Assembly: GCA_046262035.1 (NCBI GenBank)
Contig: JBHENM010000144.1
Location: 1-54,941, forward strand
From: Acidimicrobiales bacterium
Lineage (GTDB): Bacteria; Actinomycetota; Acidimicrobiia; Acidimicrobiales; AC-14
Reading direction: 5' to 3'
DNA: 54,941 nucleotides
Shown: piece by piece, positions 27,119 through 36,547 of the stretch
Layout of the letters: each line of letters opens with the position of its first letter
How positions within the stretch are numbered: position 1 is the first letter of the stretch
Position numbers and translations under genes: made by a program
Notes under the pieces: generated by a model
The model's input: the letters and a program-made list of their open reading frames with translations, nothing else
Databases searched by the model: none
What the model was told of the DNA's origin: nothing

Positions 27119-28255
27119 TCAGCGTAGCGGCTCGATGCTCACCCCGAGGAGCGCGGCGGCGGAGCCGACGGCCTGCCCTGCCGCCACGGCCCGGTCGACG
27201 GCCGCAATGGCCCGAGGGAGGTCGAGGTCGTCGTCGAGGGCGGTCCGGACTTCGTCGAGCCCCGCCTCCGGCCCCTTCTCCCCCGCCGCCCGCCAGCGGT
27301 CGAGGCGCTCCGTGGCGGCCGGAAGGAGCCCGTCGTGCCAGTCCCACGGGTGCCGGTAGTGGTGGTCGAGGATGGCCAGGCGGACGGCTATGGGGTCCCA
27401 CTCCTTGAGCAACTCGCTGACGAACACCAGGTTCCCGAGCGACTTGGACATCTTCACCCCGTCCAGGCGGACCATCGGGGCGTGCAGCCAGTGACGAACG
27501 AAGCGCTCCCCGGTGGCGGCCTCGGACTGCGCCGCCTCGCACTCGTGGTGGGGAAAGATCAGGTCGGCTCCCCCGCCGTGCAGGTCGATGGTGGTGCCCA
27601 ACTCCCGCAAGGCGAGGGCTGAGCACTCGATGTGCCAGCCAGGACGGCCGGGGCCCCACATCGTCTCCCACACGGGCTCGTCGGGGGCCGATGGCTGCCA
27701 GAGCACGAAGTCGAGCGGGTCCCGCTTGTGGGGGTCGTCCGGATTCCCGCCGCGCTCGGCCGCCAGCTCGAGCATCTCGGTCCGGGGGAGGTGGCTCACC
27801 TGCCCGAACCGCTCGAAGGTGGCCACGCTGAAGTAGACCGCTCCGCCCGCCTGGTAGGCGTGGCCCCGGTCGAGGACCATGCCGATGAAGCCGAGGATGT
27901 CGTGGATGGCGGAGGAGGCTGCCGGTTCGCTGAAGACGGGGAGAACGTTGAGAGCCTGGAGATCCCCGCGGAACCGACCCGTCTCCTCGGCCGCCAGGTC
28001 GAGGTAGGGCACGCCCAACAGCCGGGCGCGGGCCAGCATGTCGTCGTCCACGTCGGTGACGTTGCGGACGCACTGCGTGTCGTGTCCTGCGTCCCGAAGG
28101 CGCCGTTGGAGGACGTCGTACAGCACGTAGGTGGCGGCGTGGCCGACGTGGGTGGAGTCGTAGGGCGTGATGCCACACGTGTACATGGTGACCAGCGGCC
28201 CAGGCTGGAAGTCGACCACCGCTTGGCGGGCGGTGTCGTAGAGGCGCATGCTCAC
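27119..28255 (-). CDS. mshC: cysteine ligase of the CysRS family without anticodon domain; probable mycothiol ligase
   Basis: HIGH-type THVGHAATY and KMSKS present. 378 aa is short for CysRS. ERGGNPDDPHKRDPLDFVLW and LAILDHHYRHPWDW resemble MshC. Confidence 0.75.
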   Translation of the reverse strand: MSMRLYDTARQAVVDFQPGPLVTMYTCGITPYDSTHVGHAATYVLYDVLQRRLRDAGHDTQCVRNVTDVDDDMLARARLLGVPYLDLAAEETGRFRGDLQALNVLPVFSEPAASSAIHDILGFIGMVLDRGHAYQAGGAVYFSVATFERFGQVSHLPRTEMLELAAERGGNPDDPHKRDPLDFVLWQPSAPDEPVWETMWGPGRPGWHIECSALALRELGTTIDLHGGGADLIFPHHECEAAQSEAATGERFVRHWLHAPMVRLDGVKMSKSLGNLVFVSELLKEWDPIAVRLAILDHHYRHPWDWHDGLLPAATERLDRWRAAGEKGPEAGLDEVRTALDDDLDLPRAIAAVDRAVAAGQAVGSAAALLGVSIEPLR

Positions 28256-28929
28256 CCCCCGGGCGTCGCCCCGTCCGTGTTGATCCCGGTCAGACGGATG
28301 GCGGCCCTGGCCTTGTAACGGCGGTTGATGCCCAGGAGGACGGCGGTGAAGGCCTCCACCGGCGCCGCCGTGGCCAGGGAGCCGGCGTGCAGCGGACGCA
28401 GGTCGGGGATGGCTCGCACCAGGTCGGCGGTGGCCGACACGGCCTCGGCCGAGTCGGAACAGATGAGGACGTCACCCTCGACCGGCCGGTCCAGGTCGGC
28501 CAGGGAGCGGGCGGGGAGGTGGTGGAAGGCGGCGGCCACGGCCGCGTCCTCCACCGCTTCCTGCACAGCCACGGCCACAGATCCGCCTGGCGGGATCAGG
28601 GCCTGGAGCTCCCCGTCGACCTTGGTCAGGGCGTTGGCCATGGATACCACCACCTTGCCCGCCAGGTGCGGGCCGACGGAGGCGGCGGTGTCGGCAGCCG
28701 CGTCCCATGGGGTGGCCACGATCACCAGGTCGGCGCCGGCGGCGTCGGCGTTGCCTCCCGGCATGAGGGGGAGGTCCCGGTCGGGCCACCGCTTGTGCAA
28801 GCTGTCGCACGCGTCGACGGCGCGCTCGACCGAGCGGGAGCCGACGATCACGTTGATGCCGACCGATGCCAGGCGTGCCGCCAGCGCCAGACCGGCGGGA
28901 CCAGTTCCTCCGAGGATTCCGACCTTCAT
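28252..28929 (-). CDS. npdG: NADPH-dependent F420 reductase-like oxidoreductase
   Basis: MKVGILGGTGPAGLALAARLA (Rossmann)...VVSMANAL... ATG 28929. Stop overlaps the mshC start (ATGA). Confidence 0.75.
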   Translation of the reverse strand: MKVGILGGTGPAGLALAARLASVGINVIVGSRSVERAVDACDSLHKRWPDRDLPLMPGGNADAAGADLVIVATPWDAAADTAASVGPHLAGKVVVSMANALTKVDGELQALIPPGGSVAVAVQEAVEDAAVAAAFHHLPARSLADLDRPVEGDVLICSDSAEAVSATADLVRAIPDLRPLHAGSLATAAPVEAFTAVLLGINRRYKARAAIRLTGINTDGATPGG

Positions 28930-29004
28930 GGGGACACACTGGCACGGCTGACGCCGGTCCGTGGTGAGGCACCGACTAAGACCGGGTCCGCCGTCTTGGC
29001 TCAG

Positions 29005-29052
29005 GCTGGCGGGCCGGCTCCGTGCCGAACGGCGTGGCTGCGCCCCGCCAGC
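29005..29052. repeat. conserved hairpin motif, copy 2
   Basis: gctggcgggccggctccgtgccgaacggcgtggctgcgccccgccagc. Same core as 21661-21704 with a different but still complementary outer stem. Confidence 0.6.
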
Positions 29053-29185
29053 ACCGGCGGGCGAGTTCCGAAGGAACCGGGTGCCCGCCGGGAAATACAG
29101 CGAAGCCGCAGACAAATACAGACGGGGCCGCCCCCTGCCGATATTCCGTTCTATGCGGGTTCGGTCGCATCATCCGGGGAGAACG

Positions 29186-30274
29186 ATGCCTGCGGGCGCT
29201 CCCGAGCGCTACGCGCCCAAGCGGGGGGCTCTGGACCGCACCAGCGCCGACTGGGAGATCATGGTCCGGTCGCTCATGGTCATCTGGGCCTTGGGCACGC
29301 TGTTCTTCCTGCTCGTCCTGCTCGTGAGCGAGCCGCCGTCGGGGAGCAGGGACGACCTGCTGCGGATCGACGTCATCGGCGGTTTCGGCGTCCTCGGCCT
29401 GCTCTTCGCCGGCCGGGAACACCTTCCCCGCTGGACGCCCGACCTGTGCGCCTACGTGCTCTACCTGGTCGTGGGGGGGATCATCCTCACCTACCAGGAC
29501 ATCGACAGCCCCTACGGCTTCTTCTACCTGTGGCTGTCGGTCCACTCGTTCTACTTCCTGCCCTGGAAGCGGGCCGCCCCCCAGGTGGCGTTCATCGCCC
29601 TCGACTACGCCGTCTGCCTCCTCGCCATCCCCGGCCCGGACTTCCCGATCATGCGGTGGACGATCACCGTGCTGACCACGGTGGTGACGTGCGCCATGGT
29701 GGCCATTCTGCGGGCGCGGGTGAACGCCCTGGTCGACCGGCTGGCGGGGACGGCCCGCACCGATCCCCTCACCGGCCTCCGGAACCGTCGGGCCTACGAC
29801 GAGCTCATCGAGCTCGAGATCGCCAGGGCCGAACGGACGGGGCTCCCCCTGTCCCTCGTGCTGGGTGACCTCGACCACTTCAAGTTTGTCAACGACCGCT
29901 TCGGCCACCCCACGGGCGACGTCGTCCTGCGCCGGGTGGCGACGCAGCTCGAGCAGTCGGAGCGGAGAATCGACATCGCCGCTCGGCTCGGTGGCGAGGA
30001 GTTCGCACTCGTGCTCCCCAACACCGACGCCGAGGGCGCGTTCCTGGTGGCCGAGCGGATGCGGCACAGCATGCGCACCGCTTTCAGCCGCGACCCCCTT
30101 CCCGTGACCATGAGCTTCGGCATCGCCTGCTATCCCGATGACGGAAGCGACGCCGCCGCCCTCTTCCAAGCGGCCGACGTCGCTCTCATGGCGGCCAAGC
30201 GGAAAGGGCGCGACCGGGCCGAGGTCTATTCACGGCGCCCGGCCGCTCAGACCGCTCAGGCCCCGCCCAGGTAG
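29186..30274 (+). CDS. membrane-bound diguanylate cyclase (GGDEF)
   Basis: ATG 29186 preceded by GGGGAGA. About 5 TM helices, then DPLTGLRNRRAY..LVLGDLDHFKFVNDRFGHPTGD..RRIDIAARLGGEEF (RxxD I-site plus GGEEF). Confidence 0.85.
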   Translation: MPAGAPERYAPKRGALDRTSADWEIMVRSLMVIWALGTLFFLLVLLVSEPPSGSRDDLLRIDVIGGFGVLGLLFAGREHLPRWTPDLCAYVLYLVVGGIILTYQDIDSPYGFFYLWLSVHSFYFLPWKRAAPQVAFIALDYAVCLLAIPGPDFPIMRWTITVLTTVVTCAMVAILRARVNALVDRLAGTARTDPLTGLRNRRAYDELIELEIARAERTGLPLSLVLGDLDHFKFVNDRFGHPTGDVVLRRVATQLEQSERRIDIAARLGGEEFALVLPNTDAEGAFLVAERMRHSMRTAFSRDPLPVTMSFGIACYPDDGSDAAALFQAADVALMAAKRKGRDRAEVYSRRPAAQTAQAPPR

Positions 30275-31683
30275 GCGGCCTCGAGGACTTCGGGTCGCCC
30301 GGCCAGCTCCGCGGCCGTCCCCGAGAAGACCACCCGCCCCCGGGCCATCACCAGGGCCCGGTCGGCTATGCCGAGGGCGAGGCGAGGGTGCTGCTCGACG
30401 AGGAGGACCCCCGCGCCGGCATCGGCGGCCTGGCGCACGGCGGCGAGGGCTCCCGCGGCCGCCCGCGGGGCTAGGCCGAGGCTCAGCTCGTCCACCATCA
30501 GGACGCGGGGTTGGGCGGCCAGGGCCCGGGCCAGGGCCAGGATCTGCTGCTCGCCGCCGGACAGGTCGCCGGCCCGCCGGTCGAGCAGGGCGGAGAGAGC
30601 GGGGAACCCGGCGACAGCCGCTTCCACCGGCGCTCCCTTCGAGCGGCTGCGACCTCGGGCGGCCAGGCGCAGGTTCTCCCGGACGGTGAGGCTCCCCAGC
30701 ACGGCCCGGCCCTGGGGGGCGTGGGCCAGGCCGGCGCGAGCCAGGCGGGCGGGGTGTCCCCTCACCGGAGACCCCAGGAACGTCACCGCTCCTCCCGAGA
30801 TGGGGATGAGGCCGGAGGCGGCCCGCAGGGTGGTGGTCTTGCCCGCCCCGTTGGGACCGAGAAGAGCGACGACCTCCCCCTCCCGAACCTCCAGGTCCAC
30901 GCCGAAGAGGGCGGGCGCGGCTCCGTAACCGGCCGTGAGCCGGCGCGTCTCGAGGAGCACGTCCCCCGGCACCTGGGGTGCGGGCGTCTCGGCCGCGCCC
31001 AGGGGCTCGCCCAGGTAGGCGGCGGCCAGTGCCGGGTCGGCTCGAACCGCGGCCGGCGGCCCGGCGCTGATCACCCGCCCGAAGTCGAGGACGCACACGT
31101 GATCGCAGACGGCGAGCACGAGGTCGAGGTCGTGGTCGGCGACCACGATGCCCACCCCCCGCCCGACCATGTCCCGGAGCCGGTCGGTCAGGGCCTGGCG
31201 GGCGGGCCCGTCCAGCCCGGCGGCGGGCTCGTCCAGGAGCAGGACGCGGGGACCGCCGGACACGGCCCGGGCCAGGGCCACGCCCTTGCGCTGGGCGTGG
31301 TCCAAGCGGCCGGGAAGCTCGCCGTCCAGACCTTCAACGCCCGTCGCCGAGATCGCCCCCCTCGGCGTCTCCCCCGCGACCTGGAGGTTCTCCCCCACGG
31401 TCAGGTCGTCGAACAGGTCGAGGGACTGGAAGGTGCGGCCGAGGCCCAGGCGGGCGCGCCGGTGGGGCGCCAGCCGGCGCAGGTCGACACCGCCCAGCCG
31501 GACCGATCCCCCGGCCAGGGGGACGAACCCGCTCACGGCGTCGAGCAGGGTGGACTTGCCCGCGCCGTTGGGCCCGACCAGTCCCACGGCCGACCCCTCC
31601 CGCACCTCGAGCGACACCCGGCTCAGCACGTCCACCGCCCCCAGGCGCACGGACACGTCGGAAAGCTCCAGGAGGGTGGTCAC
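30256..31683 (-). CDS. fused tandem ABC ATPase of a branched-chain-amino-acid-type importer (LivG-LivF fusion)
   Basis: Two Walker A sites (GPNGAGKST, GPNGAGKTT), two signature/Walker B sets (LLLDEPAAGLD, LMVDELSLGL). Confidence 0.85.
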   Translation of the reverse strand: MTTLLELSDVSVRLGAVDVLSRVSLEVREGSAVGLVGPNGAGKSTLLDAVSGFVPLAGGSVRLGGVDLRRLAPHRRARLGLGRTFQSLDLFDDLTVGENLQVAGETPRGAISATGVEGLDGELPGRLDHAQRKGVALARAVSGGPRVLLLDEPAAGLDGPARQALTDRLRDMVGRGVGIVVADHDLDLVLAVCDHVCVLDFGRVISAGPPAAVRADPALAAAYLGEPLGAAETPAPQVPGDVLLETRRLTAGYGAAPALFGVDLEVREGEVVALLGPNGAGKTTTLRAASGLIPISGGAVTFLGSPVRGHPARLARAGLAHAPQGRAVLGSLTVRENLRLAARGRSRSKGAPVEAAVAGFPALSALLDRRAGDLSGGEQQILALARALAAQPRVLMVDELSLGLAPRAAAGALAAVRQAADAGAGVLLVEQHPRLALGIADRALVMARGRVVFSGTAAELAGRPEVLEAAYLGGA

Positions 31684-33461
31684 GCGCCGCTCCGGCGAAA
31701 CAGGCGCGCCCCGGCGCTGGCCAGGCCGTCGGGATAGCGGACGGCCATGGCCACCAGTCCCAGGCCGGTAGCGAGGAGCTGGAAGCGGCCCAGGCCGGCC
31801 ACCCGCTCGAGGGCGACGATGGCCAGCCCCCCACTCACGAGCGCTCCGCCCACGATGGCTCCGGAGATCCGGGCGATCCCGCCGATGTAGGCCACGGCCA
31901 GGTAGGAGAGCGACACGAACACGCTGAACGACCCGAACGAGAGCCGTCCCTGGGCGTACCCCAGCAAGGCGCCGCCCAGGCCGGCCACGAAGGCCGAAGT
32001 AGCGAACCCGATCAGCTTGGTGGCGGCCACGTTGACCCCGGCCGCGGCCGCCGCCCGCTCATTGGCCCGGACGGCGAGGAACCTCCGCCCGAGCCGTCCC
32101 CGGCGCAGCCAGGCGAGGGCCAGACCCAGGGCCGCCACCACCGCCAGCACGAGCAGGCCGAACACAGGTCGGGGGTAGACCGAGGCCCGGGCGCCCCCGA
32201 TCCCCAGGTCGAAGCCAAATATGCCCGGGTCGGGAACCCGGCTGCCGCCTACCCCCCCGGTGATGAACGGGTCCTTGAACACCAGCTCCTCCACGGCGAC
32301 ACCGGCGGCGAGCGTGAGCACGGCCAGGTTGACGCCCCGCACTCGCAGGGCCGGAAGTCCGAGGAGCAGCCCGAGGGCCCCGACCACGAGGGCGGCCAGG
32401 ATCGGCGCCAGAGGGAAGGGGAGGCCGGCGTCGGTCGTAAACCGGCTCAAGGCGAACCCGCCCACGCCGGCCAGCCCCATCTGGGCCAGGGAGATTTGGC
32501 CCAGGTACCCCGTGAGAAGTACCAGCGAGAGGCACACCACGACGCCGATCAGGCTCTGGATGAGGGCCAGACGCAGGTCACCGCTCAGGGCGAAAAGGGC
32601 CAGGGCCACCACTCCCGACCCGGCCACAGCCGTGATCAGGGGCCGCCGGGGCCGGGGGGCGACCGGCAGCCGGAGGCTCGGGGGATCGCCCCGTCCGGCC
32701 AGCGCCGCGCCGCGCGCCACCATGGCTATCACGATCACCAGGAGGGGCAGGCCGGCCCGGAGGCCGGGGCGTGACCACAAGCCTCCCTCCGTCTGCAGCT
32801 TCACCAGCAGGGACTGCGCCATCCCCAGACCGAGGGCGACGGCCACCGTGCCCCCGTACGACGACAGCCCGCCGGCAAGAGCGGCGGCCACGGCGGGAAC
32901 GACCAGCAGGCTGTAGGTCGTGGGGTTCAGGGAGCTGATGGGCGACGCCAGGATGCCGGCGAGGGCGGCCAGCACGCTGGCCAGCGTCCAGTTCACGGCG
33001 GCCACGTTCTCGGGCGACCAGCCCAGGAGGGCGGCCGCCTCGGGATCGTCGGCCACGGCCCGGGTAGCCAGGCCGAACCGGGTGAACCGGCCGAGGGCCC
33101 ACAGGATGACGGCGGCGGCCACGGCCAGGGCGGCCAGCAGAAGGCGGTCGCGGGGCACGTCCAGGCCGAACAGGGAGAAGGGCTGAGCGGGCAGCACCGC
33201 AGCCACCGACCGGTTGGTGCTGCCGAAGCGGAGCACGATGGCCGCCACCAGGGTCACCATCACGCCGACGGAGGCCACCACGCGCGCCAGGGCGGGAGCG
33301 GTGCGCAGCGGCCGGAACACCAGCGTGTGGACGACCAGGCCCAGGGCGGCGGCAAAGAGCAGGGCGGCCATCAGGGCCACGGCCAGTGGTAGGTCGCCCC
33401 GGATCTCCACGAACACGTAGGTCGCGGCGCTGGCCATCGCCCCGTGGGCCACGTTGACCAC
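31680..33461 (-). CDS. fused LivH-LivM-type ABC permease; true 5' end probably near 33560
   Basis: 593-aa multi-TM protein. A LivH-like first helix (IRDTIVFLLLGLGAGGVYAALGLGLVVVHRVSG) continues in frame upstream of GTG 33461, but with no ATG/GTG/TTG. Confidence 0.85.
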   Translation of the reverse strand: MVNVAHGAMASAATYVFVEIRGDLPLAVALMAALLFAAALGLVVHTLVFRPLRTAPALARVVASVGVMVTLVAAIVLRFGSTNRSVAAVLPAQPFSLFGLDVPRDRLLLAALAVAAAVILWALGRFTRFGLATRAVADDPEAAALLGWSPENVAAVNWTLASVLAALAGILASPISSLNPTTYSLLVVPAVAAALAGGLSSYGGTVAVALGLGMAQSLLVKLQTEGGLWSRPGLRAGLPLLVIVIAMVARGAALAGRGDPPSLRLPVAPRPRRPLITAVAGSGVVALALFALSGDLRLALIQSLIGVVVCLSLVLLTGYLGQISLAQMGLAGVGGFALSRFTTDAGLPFPLAPILAALVVGALGLLLGLPALRVRGVNLAVLTLAAGVAVEELVFKDPFITGGVGGSRVPDPGIFGFDLGIGGARASVYPRPVFGLLVLAVVAALGLALAWLRRGRLGRRFLAVRANERAAAAAGVNVAATKLIGFATSAFVAGLGGALLGYAQGRLSFGSFSVFVSLSYLAVAYIGGIARISGAIVGGALVSGGLAIVALERVAGLGRFQLLATGLGLVAMAVRYPDGLASAGARLFRRSGA

Positions 33462-33609
33462 GCCCGAGACCCGGTGGACGACGACCAGGCCCAGTCCCAG
33501 GGCGGCGTAGACGCCGCCGGCGCCGAGGCCCAGGAGGAGGAAGACGATGGTGTCGCGGATGGGGGGAGGGTAAGGGACGGCGGACGACGGGCCGTGGGAT
33601 CATCTCGCC

Positions 33610-34836
33610 ATGGGTCACCGCCGACGGGTGCTCGCGCTCGCCATCCTGCTCAGCGTGGTGGCCGTGGCCTGCTCCGGGGGCGACAGCGGCCCCAAAGGGG
33701 TGGGGACGGCCGAGGGCAAGCCCCTCGTCGTGGGCATGATCAACATGGAGGACACGCCCATCGGCTCCTTCCCCGAGCTTCGGCGCGACGCGGAGGCGGC
33801 CGTGCGCTACGTCAACGAGGAACTGGACGGAGTAGACGACCGACCCATACAGCTCGAGGCGTGCGCCACCCAGGGCACGCCCGAATCCTCCCAGGCGTGC
33901 GCCAACGAGCTGAGGGCCAAGAACGCCGTCGCCGTCCTGGGCGGGATCGACCTCGGGGCGGCGGCGTCGCTGCCCGTCTTCGAGAAGGCCGGGATCCCTT
34001 ACCTCAGCATGACCCCGGCGCTGGGCGACGAGCTGAGCTCGACCACCTCGTTCACTCTCACCGGCGGGCTGGCTGCCGACCTCTTGGGACAGGTCGACTA
34101 CATCACGGGCACGCTCAAGGCCACGAGGGTGGGCGTCGTCCACCTCGACCTGCCCGGGCTGCAGTCGGCCGCGGTCCTGGCCGCCCGCACGATCCTGCAG
34201 CGACGGGGCGTCACCGACCTCAAGATCGTCTCGGAGAAAGCGGAGGCGGCCGACTTCGTGCCCGCCCTCCGGGCCGCCACCGCCGGGAACCCCGAAGTGC
34301 TCATGGTCGTCTTCCCGGCCCAGGGGTGCAGCCGCATCCTCCAGGCCGCTCAGGCCCTGCGCATCCGGGCCCGGCTCTTCCTCCCCAGCGGCTGCGCCAC
34401 CCAGGAGGTGTTCGACGCCGGCGGCGAGACTGTCGAAGGGGTGACGTTCGCCTCGGGCCTGCTCCCTTACACCGACACCGGAAATCCCGAGGTCGCCACC
34501 TACCGGGAGAAGCTGAACCGGTACGCCTCGGGGGCCACGCCCTCGCTGCTCTCCCAGGCCGGGTTCGCCCTGGTGATGAACCTGCACCGCCTGCTCACGG
34601 GGCTGGGGTCCGACGCCCTCACCCCCAATGCCCTGACCGAGAAGCTCCGCGCCACTAACGACGAGCCCAGCTTCATGGGCCACCCCTACACCTGCGACAA
34701 CCGCCAGGTCTCCCTGCTCCCGGCCGTGTGCAGCGGATGGGTGCGGCTCCTGCAGTACCAGGGGCAGGACCAGTTCGAGGACATCACCGGGGACTGGGTT
34801 TCGGGAGCTGAGCTGCTGAAGATCCTCACCGGCTGA
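33610..34836 (+). CDS. ABC substrate-binding lipoprotein (type 1 PBP, Liv-like)
   Basis: Lipobox LSVVAVAC at the N-terminus. 408 aa with a periplasmic-binding-protein pattern. Divergent from the permease/ATPase genes. Confidence 0.8.
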   Translation: MGHRRRVLALAILLSVVAVACSGGDSGPKGVGTAEGKPLVVGMINMEDTPIGSFPELRRDAEAAVRYVNEELDGVDDRPIQLEACATQGTPESSQACANELRAKNAVAVLGGIDLGAAASLPVFEKAGIPYLSMTPALGDELSSTTSFTLTGGLAADLLGQVDYITGTLKATRVGVVHLDLPGLQSAAVLAARTILQRRGVTDLKIVSEKAEAADFVPALRAATAGNPEVLMVVFPAQGCSRILQAAQALRIRARLFLPSGCATQEVFDAGGETVEGVTFASGLLPYTDTGNPEVATYREKLNRYASGATPSLLSQAGFALVMNLHRLLTGLGSDALTPNALTEKLRATNDEPSFMGHPYTCDNRQVSLLPAVCSGWVRLLQYQGQDQFEDITGDWVSGAELLKILTG

Positions 34837-34922
34837 CGGTTGCTCCTGTTGCCCTAGTGACACGTGTTGCTGGTGTTGTTAACCTGCGCCCGGGCGAAGA
34901 GGGGCTGAGGAGGCATCAAGCA

Positions 34923-35900
34923 GTGCAGCCCAAGCGGCTTCTGGCCCTGGTTGTCGCCCTGGCGGCGATGGCTCTCCACGTGCACTTCGCCCAGGCCGAC
35001 TACCTGGTGCGGCCAGGGGACACGCTCGATCAGGTGGCTGACCGCCTGGGCGTCCCGGTCGAGGAGCTGGCTGCGGCCAACGGGCTGGATGACCCCGACT
35101 TCATCGTGGCCGGCCGGCTCCTGGTCGTGCCCTCCGACGGTGGTTCGGCCACGGAGTACCTCGTCCGCGAGGGAGACACACTGAGCGACATCTCCGACCG
35201 GGTCGGGATTCCGTTGAGGCAGCTGGCGGCGGCCAACGGCCTCGACGACCTCGACTGGGTCCCCGCCGGCCGGCTGCTGTCGGTGCCGCCGGTCGGAGCC
35301 AGCACCTCGGCGACCGCCGCCCCACCCCTGGCCGCCACCGCCTCCTCGTCCAGCAGGTACACGGTCCGCCAAGGCGACGCCCTCTCCGACATCGCCCTCG
35401 AGTTGGGCGTCCCCGCCGGCCAGCTGGCGGCGGCCAACGGCATCACCGACCCCGACATGCTCACCGTCGGCCAGGTGATCTCCGTCCCCAACGCCTGGGA
35501 GTGCCCCCTGCCCGAGGGCTCGTTCGTCAACGACTACGGGTACGTGACCCCCGAGGGAGAGCGCCACAACGGGGTGGACCTCTTCGCACCCCGCGGCACG
35601 CCGATCGTGGCGCCGGTGGGCGGCGTGGCCGAGCCGTTCCCCAACAACCTCGGAGGAAACGCCATCCAGCTCTACGGCCGGGACGGGAACCGCTACTACT
35701 TCGCCCACCTCGACGAGTTCGGGGAGACGGGGACCGTCGACGGTGGCACCGTGGTCGGCTACGTGGGCAACTCCGGCAATGCCCGGACGACGTCACCCCA
35801 CCTCCATTTTGAGATCCACCCCGGCGGGCACTTCGAGATCCACCCCGGCGGTGGCGAGAGCATCAACCCCTTCCCCTCCCTGGTGGCCGCCTGCCGTTAG
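34923..35900 (+). CDS. secreted LysM x3 - M23 (LytM-type) peptidoglycan endopeptidase
   Basis: GTG 34923 preceded by GAGGAGG. Signal peptide ..AMALHVHFAQA. Three LysM repeats (YLVRPGDTLDQVA.., YLVREGDTLSDIS.., YTVRQGDALSDIA..). M23 motifs HNGVDLFAP and GNSG..SPHLHFEI. Confidence 0.85.
   Translation: MQPKRLLALVVALAAMALHVHFAQADYLVRPGDTLDQVADRLGVPVEELAAANGLDDPDFIVAGRLLVVPSDGGSATEYLVREGDTLSDISDRVGIPLRQLAAANGLDDLDWVPAGRLLSVPPVGASTSATAAPPLAATASSSSRYTVRQGDALSDIALELGVPAGQLAAANGITDPDMLTVGQVISVPNAWECPLPEGSFVNDYGYVTPEGERHNGVDLFAPRGTPIVAPVGGVAEPFPNNLGGNAIQLYGRDGNRYYFAHLDEFGETGTVDGGTVVGYVGNSGNARTTSPHLHFEIHPGGHFEIHPGGGESINPFPSLVAACR
35805..35852 (+). repeat. 24-bp tandem duplication inside the M23 HxH region (HFEIHPGG x2)
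   Basis: cattttgagatccaccccggcggg / cacttcgagatccaccccggcggt: 21/24 identical, and all three differences are synonymous third positions. Confidence 0.9.
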
Positions 35901-36547
35901 CCCGCCGTCGGCGTCGCAGCTGCGGGCAGGCGGGTGTCGACCGCCCGCCAGCAGTACCAGGCGGCGATGGTGCGGAAAGGGCGGTAGGCATCGCCCAAGG
36001 CGGCCAGCTCGGGGGGGGAGGGCATCTCGTCCAGGCCGTGGATCCGTGCGTAGCCGGCCCGCACGCCCAGGTCACCGACGGGCCACACGTCGGGCCGGTT
36101 CAACTGGAACATGAGGAACATCTGGGCTGTCCACGGGCCGATGCCGCGCACCGTGCTCAGGCGCTCCACGATCTGGTCGTCGCTGAGCCTGCTCCACCCT
36201 TCGAGGCGGACGGTGCCGTCCAGCGCCTTGGCCGCCAGGTCCTTGATGGAGGCGACCTTGGCCGCCGACAGGCCCACGGCTCGCATGACGTCCTCGGGCG
36301 TGGCCGCCACTACGGCCGGCGTGGGCCTGCCCCCGTAGAGGGCGACGAAGCGGCCGTGGATGGCGGCCGCGGCCGCGCCTGCGAGCTGCTGGTAGCAGAT
36401 GGCGCCGGCCAGGGCGCCGAACGCTCCGCCCGCCGTACGCTCGCGCGCCAGCGTGCACGGCCCGTAGGCGGCGATGGCCGAGGCGAGGGCCGGGTCGGCA
36501 GCCGAGAGCGCGCCGCACGCTTCGGCCCAGCGGCTGGCGTCAGGCAG
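35897..36547 (-). CDS. DNA-3-methyladenine glycosylase II family (AlkA-like, HhH-GPD)
   Basis: GIGPWTAQMFLMFQLNRPDVWPVGDLGVRAGY (HhH-GPD with catalytic Asp). A homologous-looking N-terminus (AADPALASAIAAYGPCTL..ICYQQL) extends upstream of GTG 36310 with no canonical start. CTG 36547 is proposed tentatively. Confidence 0.65.
   Translation of the reverse strand: MPDASRWAEACGALSAADPALASAIAAYGPCTLARERTAGGAFGALAGAICYQQLAGAAAAAIHGRFVALYGGRPTPAVVAATPEDVMRAVGLSAAKVASIKDLAAKALDGTVRLEGWSRLSDDQIVERLSTVRGIGPWTAQMFLMFQLNRPDVWPVGDLGVRAGYARIHGLDEMPSPPELAALGDAYRPFRTIAAWYCWRAVDTRLPAAATPTAG

Noticed and set aside
28930-29185. c-di-GMP (GEMM) riboswitch upstream of the GGDEF gene.
   Set aside because: I could not find the conserved GEMM-I features (GCAAA / ACGCAAAGC-type tetraloop-receptor elements). 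The structured elements here are different.
32578-34863. 761-aa minus-strand ORF spanning the permease and the binding-protein genes.
   Set aside because: It is out of frame with or antisense to clearly recognisable Liv-type genes and has an Arg/Pro/Gly-rich composition.
34837-34922. ydaO / c-di-AMP riboswitch upstream of the LysM-M23 cell-wall hydrolase.
   Set aside because: The spacer is only ~86 nt and lacks the pseudo-two-fold ydaO consensus. Only an SD (GAGGAGG) is evident.
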